From an uncultured Candidatus Micrarchaeota archaeon (GTDB taxonomy: Archaea; Micrarchaeota; Micrarchaeia; Micrarchaeales; Micrarchaeaceae), in contig CAVUGN010000005.1 in the NCBI GenBank assembly GCA_963741095.1, forward strand, positions 1 through 64,000: a DNA stretch of 64,000 bases, written 5' to 3'. This document shows positions 1-9,584 of this stretch, piece after piece. Position 1 is the stretch's first letter; each line of letters opens with the position of its first letter. The translations under genes and the position numbers were made by a program. Below the pieces are notes generated by a model. It was given only the letters and a program-made list of their open reading frames with translations. It searched no databases and was not told the origin of the DNA.

Positions 1-537
1 CAACGATTCCATCAACTAACCCACTTACCACTACTCGAAAATGAGAATGTGTTAAGAGAAGCTATCGCAGTAGGCATTCAAAGAAAGATTTTTGTTGTGT
101 GTTACGGCGAAGAAAAAGAAATTTGAGAAAGTAGTTTACGAAGAATCAACGCTAGGAAATGATATAAAATCTTAGTGAACTGATGGCTCTTACGAAGAAG
201 CCAAGCAGAGGGCTTACTTCCTAAAGAAGAAATTTCAACAGCTATATCAAGTCAAGAGCCACAAGAGGCACTAATTTCAGAAATGCAGACTTTAAAATCA
301 AAAGGTACACCAAAAGTACAAAGTGTGGAGATACAAGCTACGCTTGACTGGAGGCGCTGGCAGGAATTTTATGATGGAGTGATTGAACCTCTAATAAGCG
401 AAGGCGGAGCTAAAGTTGAGATTCAACTGAACATAAAAGCTAATTCTGTAGAGGGCATTTCAAAGGATTTGATAGAGTCAACGATAAAGGAAAACCTTAG
501 TACTTTGCGGATAAATAGTAAGGTTGAGAGTAAATGA
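1..537 (+). pseudogene. Frameshifted 3' remnant resembling a DUF499 ATPase C-terminus
   Basis: Fragments LPLLENENVLREAIAVG and WQEFYDGVIEPL...KVEIQLNIKA...TIKENLSTL resemble DUF499 C-termini as recalled; stops and frameshifts lie between them; AT-rich. Confidence 0.45.
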
Positions 538-594
538 ATAGATTGACCGTATAGACGCGCCTAAAGTAGAGTAGCAGCCATTAAAAGGCTGGAT

Positions 595-627
595 CGCTAA
601 ATGTTGAGCAGACTATCCTAGAATTTC
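595..627. repeat. ~33-bp direct repeat, copy 1 (copy 2 at 1610-1643)
   Basis: CGCTAAA(A)TGTTGAGCAGACTATnnnAGAATTTC at 595 and 1610; partial AGAATTTCTA at 1126. Confidence 0.8.
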
Positions 628-651
628 CATGATACTGTTATAGTTGATCTC

Positions 652-1116
652 ATGCGCATAACCAACAAGCCCCGAATCAGCAACTGGATCGGCGGAAGCT
701 ACATCGGCATGGCCATCTTCATCGCGCTTCTCTTCGCTTCCATAGCTTTCCTGACTGGCAGGCTGGCCTCTTCCTTGGCATAGGCGTGCTCGTGTTCGTC
801 ATACTGGGCATCACTGCATATTGCTTCTACAGGACAGTGTACGTCATCGAAGACGGTTTCCTCTCTTCCTGGTCGCCGTTTGCAACCATCAAGCTTAAGA
901 TAAGCGATATCAGGAAGCATTGAGAGGACGAGAGTACCTATGTATCTTAGGGTCGGAGCGAGCTTTTATTCGGGGCGATTCTACATAGCTGGAGCGGGAT
1001 GGACAAAGACGATAATGACGAACATGGTCGATGGCGTTCTGATAACCGACAAGAACGGAAAGCATTACCTGATCACTCCATCGAATCCAGACAAGTTCAT
1101 AAAATTGCTGAAATGA
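652..1116 (+). pseudogene. Membrane bacterial-PH-domain protein with two frameshifts
   Basis: Joined frames read MRITNKPRIS..(two TM segments)..YRTVYVIEDG..IKLKISDIRK/IERTR..KHYLITPSNPDKFIKLLK*. Confidence 0.55.
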
Positions 1117-1609
1117 GATTCTTTTAGAATTTCTATAATATTGTTGGAATGGTGATTAATCGGCGAACTCTTAGGAAAATGATAAATTGGTCAGAATGGT
1201 AGCAAATTTACGAGCAAGAAAATTTATGCATTGACATAATTTGTAAACTTAGAAGTGGGTGTATACCAAAAAAGGTGCATCGGAGTCATTAAATAGCACG
1301 GCATTGGCAAAGATGACGTGGCATACTTATGATTGGTCAAATCAAATACAAACTTAAGCACCGGCTCGAATGCTTCATCAGCGCCGCAACTAATGAAAAT
1401 GCTCACATACTGAGGGTTTAAGATTTAACAACTAGTAATGGGGAACCATTTACCCTGTAGAAAAACTTACGGCTTTAGAGTTTATGGATACGTAATGATA
1501 AGCTTAGAAGCAAAAGTAGAGGTCAGGATGAGCAATTGAAGAGTTTACCAAAGATAGGTACTTAGAGTTACCACCTCATTAATAATTCAGGGGGAGTAGA
1601 AGACTAGCC

Positions 1610-1643
1610 CGCTAAAATGTTGAGCAGACTATGTCAGAATTTC
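1610..1643. repeat. ~33-bp direct repeat, copy 2
   Basis: Matches 595-627. Confidence 0.8.
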
Positions 1644-2233
1644 TAAATGAGTTCCAACAAATATGGCAATACGGAATTCTAGGATTACTACAACAGTGTT
1701 GCTATTGCTGCTCCACAGAAACAAGCCCGCTTTCAGCGCGTTTGGCGGGCTTTCTCAGAGCTTAGCGCCAATTATATATGCCTAGAAACAGGCGCAACGT
1801 GCGCAAACGTGGCGCAAGTTTGAAAGTCCCATATCTTCGGAACGGTTTTGCAAATGCCACGTTTCTGGCATGAAAATACGTTCTTTGTAAAAGCATAATC
1901 TCCACATTTATGGTAAACCGGCCCTATTGGCGAAGACCCCGCGATTATGCGCCAAACAGGCATTAAAAAAGCGGATTTGTTCGTGAGGCTATTTTTCGGC
2001 TCATTTCTATGGAATAATTTTACAGGATACCATAATCATGGCGACGTATTTGTACCGGTATTCTTTTTCGCCGTTAACCGAGCCTCGACGACAAACTTTG
2101 CGTTCTTTTGCGCTGTGCGGGGCGATTGAAAACGTGTTGATAATTTATCCGCGAGAGCCTTCACGCGGAATAGAAGCATCTGTTGAAACAATCAATCTAC
2201 ACGAAGAAAGTGTTGGAAAATCTAACACTTATT

Positions 2234-2872
2234 TTACTGGGATTCGGTTCTTGGCTTTATCGCTACAGAGCTGGCTTTCATGCCCATCATAGCAACATGC
2301 GCTATACTGTCCAACAGCTTTATTGTAGTTGCGATGATGGGAGCTTCCGTCATACTCGCATTCTGCAGGTCTTGTATATAGAACGTTCTCAGTCGATCAG
2401 CAACTTTGAACAGTATTTCCAATTTTTCGGCTGTCGATCGCTCTTTAATCCCCACATTCAAGAACGAGATGAAAGACTCGTCGGTCTTCGATATATCTAT
2501 CGCAAGGTGATTAGTTGAAGGCCGGTCATAAAAACGAAACTCTAAATTTGGCCGCACGCTTAGCCAATCATACTCCACACTATCTACTTTCTTCTGCGTC
2601 CCAACAATAGCATTAACATATTGATCAACGTCCGGCGGATTGCGATTTATTAGTTCTATAACTAATCCAGGCACAGCTTTGTGATCGTTGGAATTTGGTA
2701 TAAATTCTATGCCAAACCTCATACTCCGATAATCCGTACTGCCATGCCATACCTCTTTATAGATGATGTTCAGCCTGTCCGCATCGAATCCGGTCGAATT
2801 TTTTATATTTTTCATAGCTTCGACCAAATGAGTTACTTCAGATTTCGCTTCAACAAATTTTGAGTCTGTCAT
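2234..2872 (-). CDS. Hypothetical protein
   Basis: ~212-aa ORF between palindromes, with a motif promoter at 2904-2943. Confidence 0.75.
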   Translation of the reverse strand: MTDSKFVEAKSEVTHLVEAMKNIKNSTGFDADRLNIIYKEVWHGSTDYRSMRFGIEFIPNSNDHKAVPGLVIELINRNPPDVDQYVNAIVGTQKKVDSVEYDWLSVRPNLEFRFYDRPSTNHLAIDISKTDESFISFLNVGIKERSTAEKLEILFKVADRLRTFYIQDLQNASMTEAPIIATTIKLLDSIAHVAMMGMKASSVAIKPRTESQ

Positions 2873-2903
2873 ATTAATCACATACATATTCCAATGTAAT
2901 TCA

Positions 2904-2943
2904 GGAGATACTTATGCTTTGCTTCCAGCTTAGCCAATTGACG
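2904..2943 (-). promoter_or_regulatory. Conserved 40-bp promoter module
   Basis: Minus strand: CGTCAATTGGCT-AAGCTGGAAGCAAAG-CATAAGTATCTCC. Confidence 0.8.
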
Positions 2944-3000
2944 TTCTAGAGCAACAATCCATTCATGCGAAGAGAGTGTTGGAAAATCTAACACAGTTAG

Positions 3001-3351
3001 TCATCCACTCAGATCGGTCCGCATATCCACCTGTTTCGGGACCAATGCGGCGAACACCTCGCCCCTTAGCTTTTCGGGCATGCTGATGCTATTCAGTTGC
3101 TGATCGGTGAGCTTGAACGCGACTGCGGCTTTCACTGCCTCGTTTTCCCTGTTGTTCTCCAGAAGATGCTTCACGCCCTTCAATGCCGCCTTGATTATCT
3201 GCTCTGCGTTCATCCTGTGCGCCGGCGACCTCGCGTCATCCAAAGCGGCATCGAGATCGCCTTTCTTCAGGTGTATCTCTATTCTCTGCATGCCGATGTC
3301 GCTGACTATGACCCTGTGGATATCAAGCCCGGTCATCTTCGTGGTGGGCAT
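3001..3351 (-). CDS. Hypothetical alpha-helical repeat protein
   Basis: 116 aa; EAVKAAVAFKLTDQQL resembles the repeats of 4645-5190. Confidence 0.7.
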   Translation of the reverse strand: MPTTKMTGLDIHRVIVSDIGMQRIEIHLKKGDLDAALDDARSPAHRMNAEQIIKAALKGVKHLLENNRENEAVKAAVAFKLTDQQLNSISMPEKLRGEVFAALVPKQVDMRTDLSG

Positions 3352-3457
3352 TTCAGCACATCATAGAATACGATTCAGAATGTATTTACGCTTTGTGTAA
3401 TCAATCAACGCTTCTAGCTTGTTTCGAAAAGTGTGTTGGAAAATCCAAAACAATCTT

Positions 3458-3715
3458 TCACAAACTGTCGTAAACCTTTTTCCTGTGCCCTATCCTTATA
3501 ACAAGTATCATTCTTTTGTTGAGATCTAAGTTAAGGATGAGTCGGTAATTCCCAACCCTAAGGCTAAAAAGCGGCACTCCCTCCAATCTCTTCAGATAAG
3601 GCAACGGATTTGGTGCGGCCATCTCGAGTCTCTTGACCATCCTGCTGGATGTGGTCTTGTCCAATCTCTTTAGGGTTCGCCTTGCTTCCTCAGATAGAAT
3701 GACTTGATAGGTCAT
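3458..3715 (-). CDS. RelE/ParE family toxin
   Basis: YQVILSEEARRTL...LRVGNYRLI...IGHRKKVY; overlaps the antitoxin stop. Confidence 0.9.
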   Translation of the reverse strand: MTYQVILSEEARRTLKRLDKTTSSRMVKRLEMAAPNPLPYLKRLEGVPLFSLRVGNYRLILNLDLNKRMILVIRIGHRKKVYDSL

Positions 3716-3954
3716 TTGATCCCGAGCTCCTTCTTGACGCTTTCGAGTGTGTGTATCCTTCCTGCCTCTATATCCTTAAGCCCTTTCTTTATGCCTGTTA
3801 TATCCTCCTCTGACAAAGGCTCTTCATCTACGGCCATGTTCGTCAACCTCTCTATCACGGAGTCCAGGGGCTCCCTTTCAAATAGTTTCAGCTTGTCGAG
3901 TCTCTTTCGGGTGACTTTACTTATCTGTATCGTCGTTTGTCCTATAGCTTCCAT
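3712..3954 (-). CDS. Antitoxin with RHH-like N-terminus
   Basis: TTIQISKVTRKRL N-terminus and EPLSEE...DIEAGR C-terminus; upstream of RelE. Confidence 0.85.
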   Translation of the reverse strand: MEAIGQTTIQISKVTRKRLDKLKLFEREPLDSVIERLTNMAVDEEPLSEEDITGIKKGLKDIEAGRIHTLESVKKELGIK

Positions 3955-4036
3955 AGTATATTATAAGGACTTATAGGTATTTATAAGTTTCGGCAGATCC
4001 AGGAAGCACTTGTACTTTGCGAATGTGTTGGAAAAG

Positions 4037-4534
4037 CTAACAGATTACGGATTTAATGTTTCTGGGCAGGAAATACTCCTCCTTGCAATAATTTAGCCTA
4101 GCAGGCAGGCCCACAACCTCAATCGGTTGGTTCTCAACAAGACTTCCGACGAGAGCCTTTCTATGGGTGACGAGCGTGTGCGGTACAGTTGCGGTCACAA
4201 CCGCCATGTGCTCGACGTATATGGAGCTGCCAAGATCAAAAGTCCATGCAACTAAACATCCAAGCCTGGGGCTCTCGATTTTTTGAAGCTTCTTCAGGAC
4301 TGACGAGTACACCGTCCTCGGATTGACGTATTTATCCTTGTTTATCTCTCCCGTGATGAACAATGCCGTGCTTACGCAATTAGGCCCTGTTTTCACCCTT
4401 TCCTGAATCGTGGTCTCCTTGCAAAGCAGTATCTTTTGGAGCGTCTCCTTGCTCAATCCTTCTTCGGCTTTGGGATCTTGCCGCAGCGCTATGCCTTCCG
4501 CACCGGCTGTTTGAGCTTTTTGAGCAAGCGCCAT
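4037..4534 (-). CDS. Hypothetical protein, possible papain/NlpC-P60-like Cys-His enzyme
   Basis: GPNCVSTAL...VEHMAVV; start MALAQK lies downstream of the promoter at 4561. Confidence 0.6.
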   Translation of the reverse strand: MALAQKAQTAGAEGIALRQDPKAEEGLSKETLQKILLCKETTIQERVKTGPNCVSTALFITGEINKDKYVNPRTVYSSVLKKLQKIESPRLGCLVAWTFDLGSSIYVEHMAVVTATVPHTLVTHRKALVGSLVENQPIEVVGLPARLNYCKEEYFLPRNIKSVIC

Positions 4535-4560
4535 CTTATCACAATATAGATTACGGCTTA

Positions 4561-4600
4561 GGAGATACTTATACCTTGTTTCTGGCTTCGTCAATCAACG
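4561..4600 (-). promoter_or_regulatory. Conserved 40-bp promoter module
   Basis: CGTTGATTGACG-AAGCCAGAAACAAGG-TATAAGTATCTCC. Confidence 0.85.
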
Positions 4601-4644
4601 CTCTGAGCTCGTTCCAGAAAGAGTGTTGGAAAAACTAACACTGT

Positions 4645-5190
4645 CTACCCTTTCGATATTGTTGCAGCAGAATGCACCTCTATGTCTGTGAGACCATACT
4701 TCTTTACTATCGATTTCGCAGTGATATCTACCATATCTTCGCGGATGTTACCATCTGCAATTCTTTTTTCAAGCGCCTTGATTACGGCAGAATGCACCTC
4801 TTCTGCTGTGAGTTTGAAGTTCTTCGCTATACTTGTTGCAAGTTCAAAGGAATTTTCCGCAACTTGAGATATAAATCCATTTATTGCAGGTTTGTGTATC
4901 TCTTCGTCTTTTAGACCATACCGCTTTGCTATTTTTACTGCAGATTCTACTGCCACTCCACTACCCTTAAATATGCCGTATTCGTATGGGGCATAACTAA
5001 TAATGTCTTCAAACGCCTTGATTGCAGCCGTGTGTATCTCTTTGTTTGTAAGCATAGACGTTTTCTCGGACAACTCTCTACTCTGGAAGGGTGCCGAGTA
5101 CTTCGGGTCGAAAGCCATTGCGCTAATTAAGCCAGCAACTTCGCTTATAATCGCAGCATGTTTGTTATTATTTACTGTTTGTTGTACCAT
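4645..5190 (-). CDS. Alpha-helical repeat protein
   Basis: Repeated IA(K/R)x(Y/F)xLxxEE(I/V)HxA unit, three to four times. Confidence 0.8.
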   Translation of the reverse strand: MVQQTVNNNKHAAIISEVAGLISAMAFDPKYSAPFQSRELSEKTSMLTNKEIHTAAIKAFEDIISYAPYEYGIFKGSGVAVESAVKIAKRYGLKDEEIHKPAINGFISQVAENSFELATSIAKNFKLTAEEVHSAVIKALEKRIADGNIREDMVDITAKSIVKKYGLTDIEVHSAATISKG

Positions 5191-5224
5191 CCAATCACAT
5201 TATAATACACAACATAGGAGATAT

Positions 5225-5890
5225 TTACGCATTGCTTCGTGATTGGACGTTTGACGTTCCGCGCGTGCATGCCTGCAGGTTCAAGAAGAAGGTGGAAGGC
5301 CGCGACATCTCCTCGAAGCCGAACTCCCCCACAAGTCTTTGCATCTCCGGAGTTATGGCGTAGCAGTAGATCGAAGATGCGCCTTCTGTCGCGCAATCGC
5401 TCCTGATGAGCTTCAGCAATGCGCTGCCAACACCCCTGTTCTTGTATTCGTTGTACCTTTCGCTGACTATCCCGAAGGGATAGAAGTCGGACAGCAGCAC
5501 CACGCGTGCATGCTCCGGAGTTATCTTTTCCAGGTATGCCCCGAGCACGATATCGTTGCGCGCCACTTCCGCGATGCTGGTATAGAATATGATTGCGGAT
5601 CCCGTCCGCGTGTATGTTGCCTTGTCCAAAGCCCCGTAGCTGGCCCGCAGAAGAGCATGATATTCGATGGTCTTGTTCTGCCAGTCAGGTGCCTCGTAGC
5701 CTATCCAATTATCCGTCTCCACTCTCCTGATGGTGGGTCTTTCTGCAACGACGATCCTTAATGTGCCTGCATCGGTCTCAATTGCCTTCGGCTGCTCTTT
5801 TCTCAGAACAAAAGGCGTAGTTATATCAGAAAGGCTGAAATCGCCTCCAGAACCGGCGTTAGCACTTTTCGTCTGCGTTTGTCCCCCCAT
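5225..5890 (-). CDS. GNAT-family acetyltransferase with N-terminal extension
   Basis: YKNRGVGSALL acetyl-CoA motif A; ...FGFEE. Confidence 0.7.
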   Translation of the reverse strand: MGGQTQTKSANAGSGGDFSLSDITTPFVLRKEQPKAIETDAGTLRIVVAERPTIRRVETDNWIGYEAPDWQNKTIEYHALLRASYGALDKATYTRTGSAIIFYTSIAEVARNDIVLGAYLEKITPEHARVVLLSDFYPFGIVSERYNEYKNRGVGSALLKLIRSDCATEGASSIYCYAITPEMQRLVGEFGFEEMSRPSTFFLNLQACTRGTSNVQSRSNA

Positions 5891-5947
5891 TTTATCCGCT
5901 ATTGATGCGCCACAGTCTGCATCTAAGCGTTGCTTGTGATTGAAGGA

Positions 5948-7669
5948 TCATCCGGTGTTGCAAGTGCCGGAATAGACCGCAGTGAAGGTCACGGGGCTCG
6001 AAGCTGTGAAGTTCCTCTTCGGATTGGTGCTGTTCGTGTCCTTCCAGTGGCTGAATAGGCACTTGGCGTAGTTCTCGACAAGCACGCTGTACGCCTTGCC
6101 GGTCACGGTCTTGAAGGTGACGGGCGTGAATCCGGTGGCGTTCTGCTTGCTGCCCAGATAAAGCACCGCGTAATACCCTGTTATCGTGTTGCCCACGATG
6201 TTGATCGTCTTCACGGTCACGTTCGACTTGCCGCCGTTGACTATGGTTGTGGTGGCGACCGTCGATGTAGTTGTCGAAGTGGTGGTCTTCACCGTAGAAG
6301 TTGTCGAGCTTGTGGTCGGAACGGTGGTGCTAGTTGTCGATATCGAGGTGGTCGGAACCGTTGTAGTACTGACAGTCGAAGTTGTCGGGATGGTGGTGCT
6401 AGTTGTTGGGATTGAGGTTGTCGGAATAGTTGTGGAGTTAACGGTCGAAGTTGTTGAAACCATTGTTGAAGTTGTTGCAATTGACGTTGAAGTTGTCGGA
6501 ACCGAGGTTGACGTAGAGCTTGTCGGCACAGAGGTCGAAGACGTGCTGGATGTGGTCACGGACGTCGATACAGAAGTCGAGACGCTTGTGGATGTCGAAG
6601 TCGTTGTGCAGGTGCTGGTCGTGGTCGTAGTGGTCTGTGGTGAATCGATAACAGAGTACACGTCTCCGCCGTACAGCCCCACCGTTGATGGAGTCATTGC
6701 CACCAGCGCGTTAGCGGAGTTGTAGACCTCGATGTAAGCGTTGACTGGGAAGCCGTACTCTGCGACCTCCAACGAGGCGCTGCCGCCGTTGACCGGTGCA
6801 TTCGCCAGCGTGATACCTGACGGTCCGACCAACTTTACTGTACCCGGAGTCAAGACGTTGCTGACAGTTACGTACTCGCTCGTCGTGAGGTAGTAGTTCT
6901 TGAACGTAGTGTAAAGCATCTTGTTCATCGACGTCTCCGGTTCAAGGAAGAACTGGTACGGTCCAGGTATGTTGAGCTTGAGCGTGTTGCTAGAATAGAC
7001 GACGTTGCTTCCGAGATAGACCTTGAGATAATTGTTCCCGTTCGTTATTATCGTGCAGTTCTCGGTAAGCGGCATGGCCGACGAGTTGCTCTGCCACAGT
7101 TCGGTGTAGTTGGTAGCCTCGTTGTCGTTGCCTGTTGCGTACTCAACAAGCCAGATCGTGCCGGCCGAATAAGTCAGAGAGGTGCAGGCGATATAGTTTA
7201 TCTTGCCGTTATAAGTCTGCGTGTATATCCCGCTCTCGTAAGACTGGGTTGCAAGGACGTTGACCGGATCCGTTATCGTAGCGTGGAACAGGGTGGCATT
7301 CGTCCCCTTTACGGGCGACTCCGCAAAATATCCCGCCCATGTGCCTGCTTTTGGCGCATTGACGCCTATCTGCATGCCCGTCGAGTTCTCAAAGAAGGCG
7401 TAGGGTGCCTTCTCGTCCCAAGCCGAGCCGTTGTAGACCCAATAGGTGTGGTTGGAAAGAAGCTGCTGCTGCGTCAATGTCTTATTGAGGGAATCCGAGA
7501 AGACGAGCCCGGACTTTGTCTTCACCACCGAAAGGATTGTTCCGTTGGTGACGTTGGTCATTGTGACTGCGCCATTGGATGCCGCGTACAACGTTATTCC
7601 CGCCAGCAACTGCAGAACAAATGCAATCAGAACAATCTGAATTACCATTCCCTTTCGCATGATAAACAC
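5948..7669 (-). CDS. Secreted Thr/Ser-rich surface glycoprotein
   Basis: Hydrophobic signal peptide, NxT sequons, long Thr-rich linker. Confidence 0.85.
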   Translation of the reverse strand: MFIMRKGMVIQIVLIAFVLQLLAGITLYAASNGAVTMTNVTNGTILSVVKTKSGLVFSDSLNKTLTQQQLLSNHTYWVYNGSAWDEKAPYAFFENSTGMQIGVNAPKAGTWAGYFAESPVKGTNATLFHATITDPVNVLATQSYESGIYTQTYNGKINYIACTSLTYSAGTIWLVEYATGNDNEATNYTELWQSNSSAMPLTENCTIITNGNNYLKVYLGSNVVYSSNTLKLNIPGPYQFFLEPETSMNKMLYTTFKNYYLTTSEYVTVSNVLTPGTVKLVGPSGITLANAPVNGGSASLEVAEYGFPVNAYIEVYNSANALVAMTPSTVGLYGGDVYSVIDSPQTTTTTTSTCTTTSTSTSVSTSVSTSVTTSSTSSTSVPTSSTSTSVPTTSTSIATTSTMVSTTSTVNSTTIPTTSIPTTSTTIPTTSTVSTTTVPTTSISTTSTTVPTTSSTTSTVKTTTSTTTSTVATTTIVNGGKSNVTVKTINIVGNTITGYYAVLYLGSKQNATGFTPVTFKTVTGKAYSVLVENYAKCLFSHWKDTNSTNPKRNFTASSPVTFTAVYSGTCNTG

Positions 7670-7723
7670 CTTGTGTATAGCAAAGATTTATCAGCTATTT
7701 ATACCTATCTGTGCGCCGCTCTT

Positions 7724-7954
7724 TCACTTCTTTATCATTGACAGATTTATCTTGACCGGATAGATGCCCAGCGCGCCTTTGTCTCCCGGCTCGCCCTGGA
7801 TTAAGCTCTTGGCAATGGCGCTCGTCTTGTTCGGCCCCAGTTCCATCATGCCCATGAACATCAGCGACATCGTCATGTTGGCATTGATGTTGTTTATGCT
7901 CACCTTAGATTCCAATTGTTGCTGCTTGAAGTCCAGCCTGAGCAGCCTCATCAT
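7724..7954 (-). CDS. Small hypothetical protein
   Basis: 76-aa ORF filling the gap, co-oriented with neighbours. Confidence 0.4.
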   Translation of the reverse strand: MMRLLRLDFKQQQLESKVSINNINANMTMSLMFMGMMELGPNKTSAIAKSLIQGEPGDKGALGIYPVKINLSMIKK

Positions 7955-7979
7955 TTTCTACACTGTGGATTGCATTAGG

Positions 7980-9038
7980 TCATATCCACTCTTCGATCGC
8001 TGCTCTTGCCTTCTCCAGGCGGTTGAATTCTGCCTTCGTGATTGATTGTATTTCTGGAATCACTGCCGTGTAGCCGATTCTGAGCACTTCTAGGGTATCT
8101 TTTATGCTGTAATCCGTGGCGGCAAAACTCAGCAGCGCTACCATCCTTCCCAGGTAATGCGACGTGATAGAGAGCTTGTCGTCTTCGCTGCCCCTTTTTT
8201 CGAGGCCATAATTCGATACCATGCGTGCAAAATCCACTGCATTGGAGATGTTGCCGCGCTTTATGCAGTCAAATATTATCGGCAATTTCATGCTGTGCAT
8301 GTCCACACCGTCATTAAGGGTCAATCCCCCCACCATGTACTCCTTGATGTAGTGGATAAGATCCTCGTTGGGTACTGCCTTGCCGAACATTGATGCGTTG
8401 ATTAGGTTGCCAACTTGCGGTAGTCTGCTATGGGTCATATAACCCCTAGAATCCCATCCCTTCTCGATTCCAACGAATTGCTTGAAAGGGGGAGTGCCTA
8501 TATGATCTGGAAATGCGGTGCAGTCCGATCCCCAATGTCTCGGAAGGTACCTTGTGCTGCGGAACGCGGAATCGAAGAAGTATGCCAAAGCTTCGGACAA
8601 TGCGCTGCCGAATACCACAACATCCGTCCGATCCATCTTTTTTAGAATTTGCAAGTATTCCTCATAATATCCGATGGCAATTGCTTTCATAAGTTTGTCC
8701 TTATCTTTGCCTGCAATCGAGCCCTTGAGCATGTAAAGGGCGGAGTCGTAGAAGTTTATGTCATTCTGCAAGAGGTGCCCAAACTCGTGTGGGATCGCGA
8801 AAGTGCTGTCGCCGTATATCCGGATATGTCCGCCTATTGCTTGGCCGTACGTTATCAGGCATTTTCCGGCTTTCTTCGGCATGAAAACGACATTCGGCTT
8901 GATGCTCGACAGTTCCTCTCTGCGCATCAGACCCGAGCCTAGACAATCGTAGGTGGCTCTGAGATATGAGGCGGCCTCACGCTTAAGCGTGGGGCTAGGG
9001 TTCGTCTCCATTACCATAATTCTCTCGATTGCTGACAT
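7980..9038 (-). CDS. Zincin-like metallopeptidase
   Basis: PHEFGH with downstream SEALAYFF (gluzincin-type third ligand). Confidence 0.7.
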   Translation of the reverse strand: MSAIERIMVMETNPSPTLKREAASYLRATYDCLGSGLMRREELSSIKPNVVFMPKKAGKCLITYGQAIGGHIRIYGDSTFAIPHEFGHLLQNDINFYDSALYMLKGSIAGKDKDKLMKAIAIGYYEEYLQILKKMDRTDVVVFGSALSEALAYFFDSAFRSTRYLPRHWGSDCTAFPDHIGTPPFKQFVGIEKGWDSRGYMTHSRLPQVGNLINASMFGKAVPNEDLIHYIKEYMVGGLTLNDGVDMHSMKLPIIFDCIKRGNISNAVDFARMVSNYGLEKRGSEDDKLSITSHYLGRMVALLSFAATDYSIKDTLEVLRIGYTAVIPEIQSITKAEFNRLEKARAAIEEWI

Positions 9039-9116
9039 TCAATACGCCGATATCAGGCATTCAGGAAATACTTATGTCTTGCTCTCGGCTTTTATGATTA
9101 ACGTTTGCGGCATTCT

Positions 9117-9542
9117 TCAGGAATAATTTATGATATTGTAGGACTCGGGATCCTTCCGCATCTCGACGGCAGCGCCGCTCTTTTTCCTGCCGGGTGCAAA
9201 CTCTTTCATTATTCGCGCTGAGATTACGCTCACGTGATTTCTCGCCGCGCGCATCTGATCTGCATCTGCCGCCTGCCCCTCCTTCCTGAAGGCAAGGTCC
9301 ACGTACACCTTCACAACGATGTTCGTCGCGCCTCCCGTGTCCGTGTCCACAGAGATGCTTCTCCTGAAGCCGCGCATTTCGTAGTCTGCAGTGGCATTGT
9401 ACACTGCTATGTGGGCAATGGACGGAGACCTGTTCGCTGCTATCGTCGAATAGTAGTAGGGCTTGTTCCTGTCGAAATTATAATACACTATGGGCTTCTG
9501 TGCCTCTTCCTTCGCCACCGAAGCCTTACCTTTCATTGCCAT
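9117..9542 (-). CDS. Hypothetical protein
   Basis: ~141-aa co-oriented ORF. Confidence 0.65.
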   Translation of the reverse strand: MAMKGKASVAKEEAQKPIVYYNFDRNKPYYYSTIAANRSPSIAHIAVYNATADYEMRGFRRSISVDTDTGGATNIVVKVYVDLAFRKEGQAADADQMRAARNHVSVISARIMKEFAPGRKKSGAAVEMRKDPESYNIINYS

Positions 9543-9584
9543 TTTCACAACCGTTCTCGATAGTATCTTTCATTGCCCTTCGTT

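Larger units (their letters stand above)
2210..4641. repeat. Five copies of the 19-bp palindrome GTGTTGGAAAAnCTAACAC separating genes
   Basis: Copies at 2210, 2976, 3433, 4025 and 4623, each at or just after the stop of a minus-strand gene. Confidence 0.9.

Noticed and set aside
699-920. 73-aa minus-strand ORF
   Set aside because: Antisense to the frameshifted PH-domain pseudogene
4535-4594. Shared N-terminal peptide YKYLLSRN in the ORF track (also 22558-22608)
   Set aside because: It is the translation of the conserved promoter DNA; the real starts lie downstream
2210-4641. CRISPR array or canonical integron attC sites
   Set aside because: Intervals are 457-766 bp and contain genes; the site is only 19 bp with no L boxes; no cas or intI gene was seen in the window
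6186-6725. Val-rich 179-aa ORF
   Set aside because: Antisense of the Thr-rich linker; the same applies to similar ORFs at 50-51 kb
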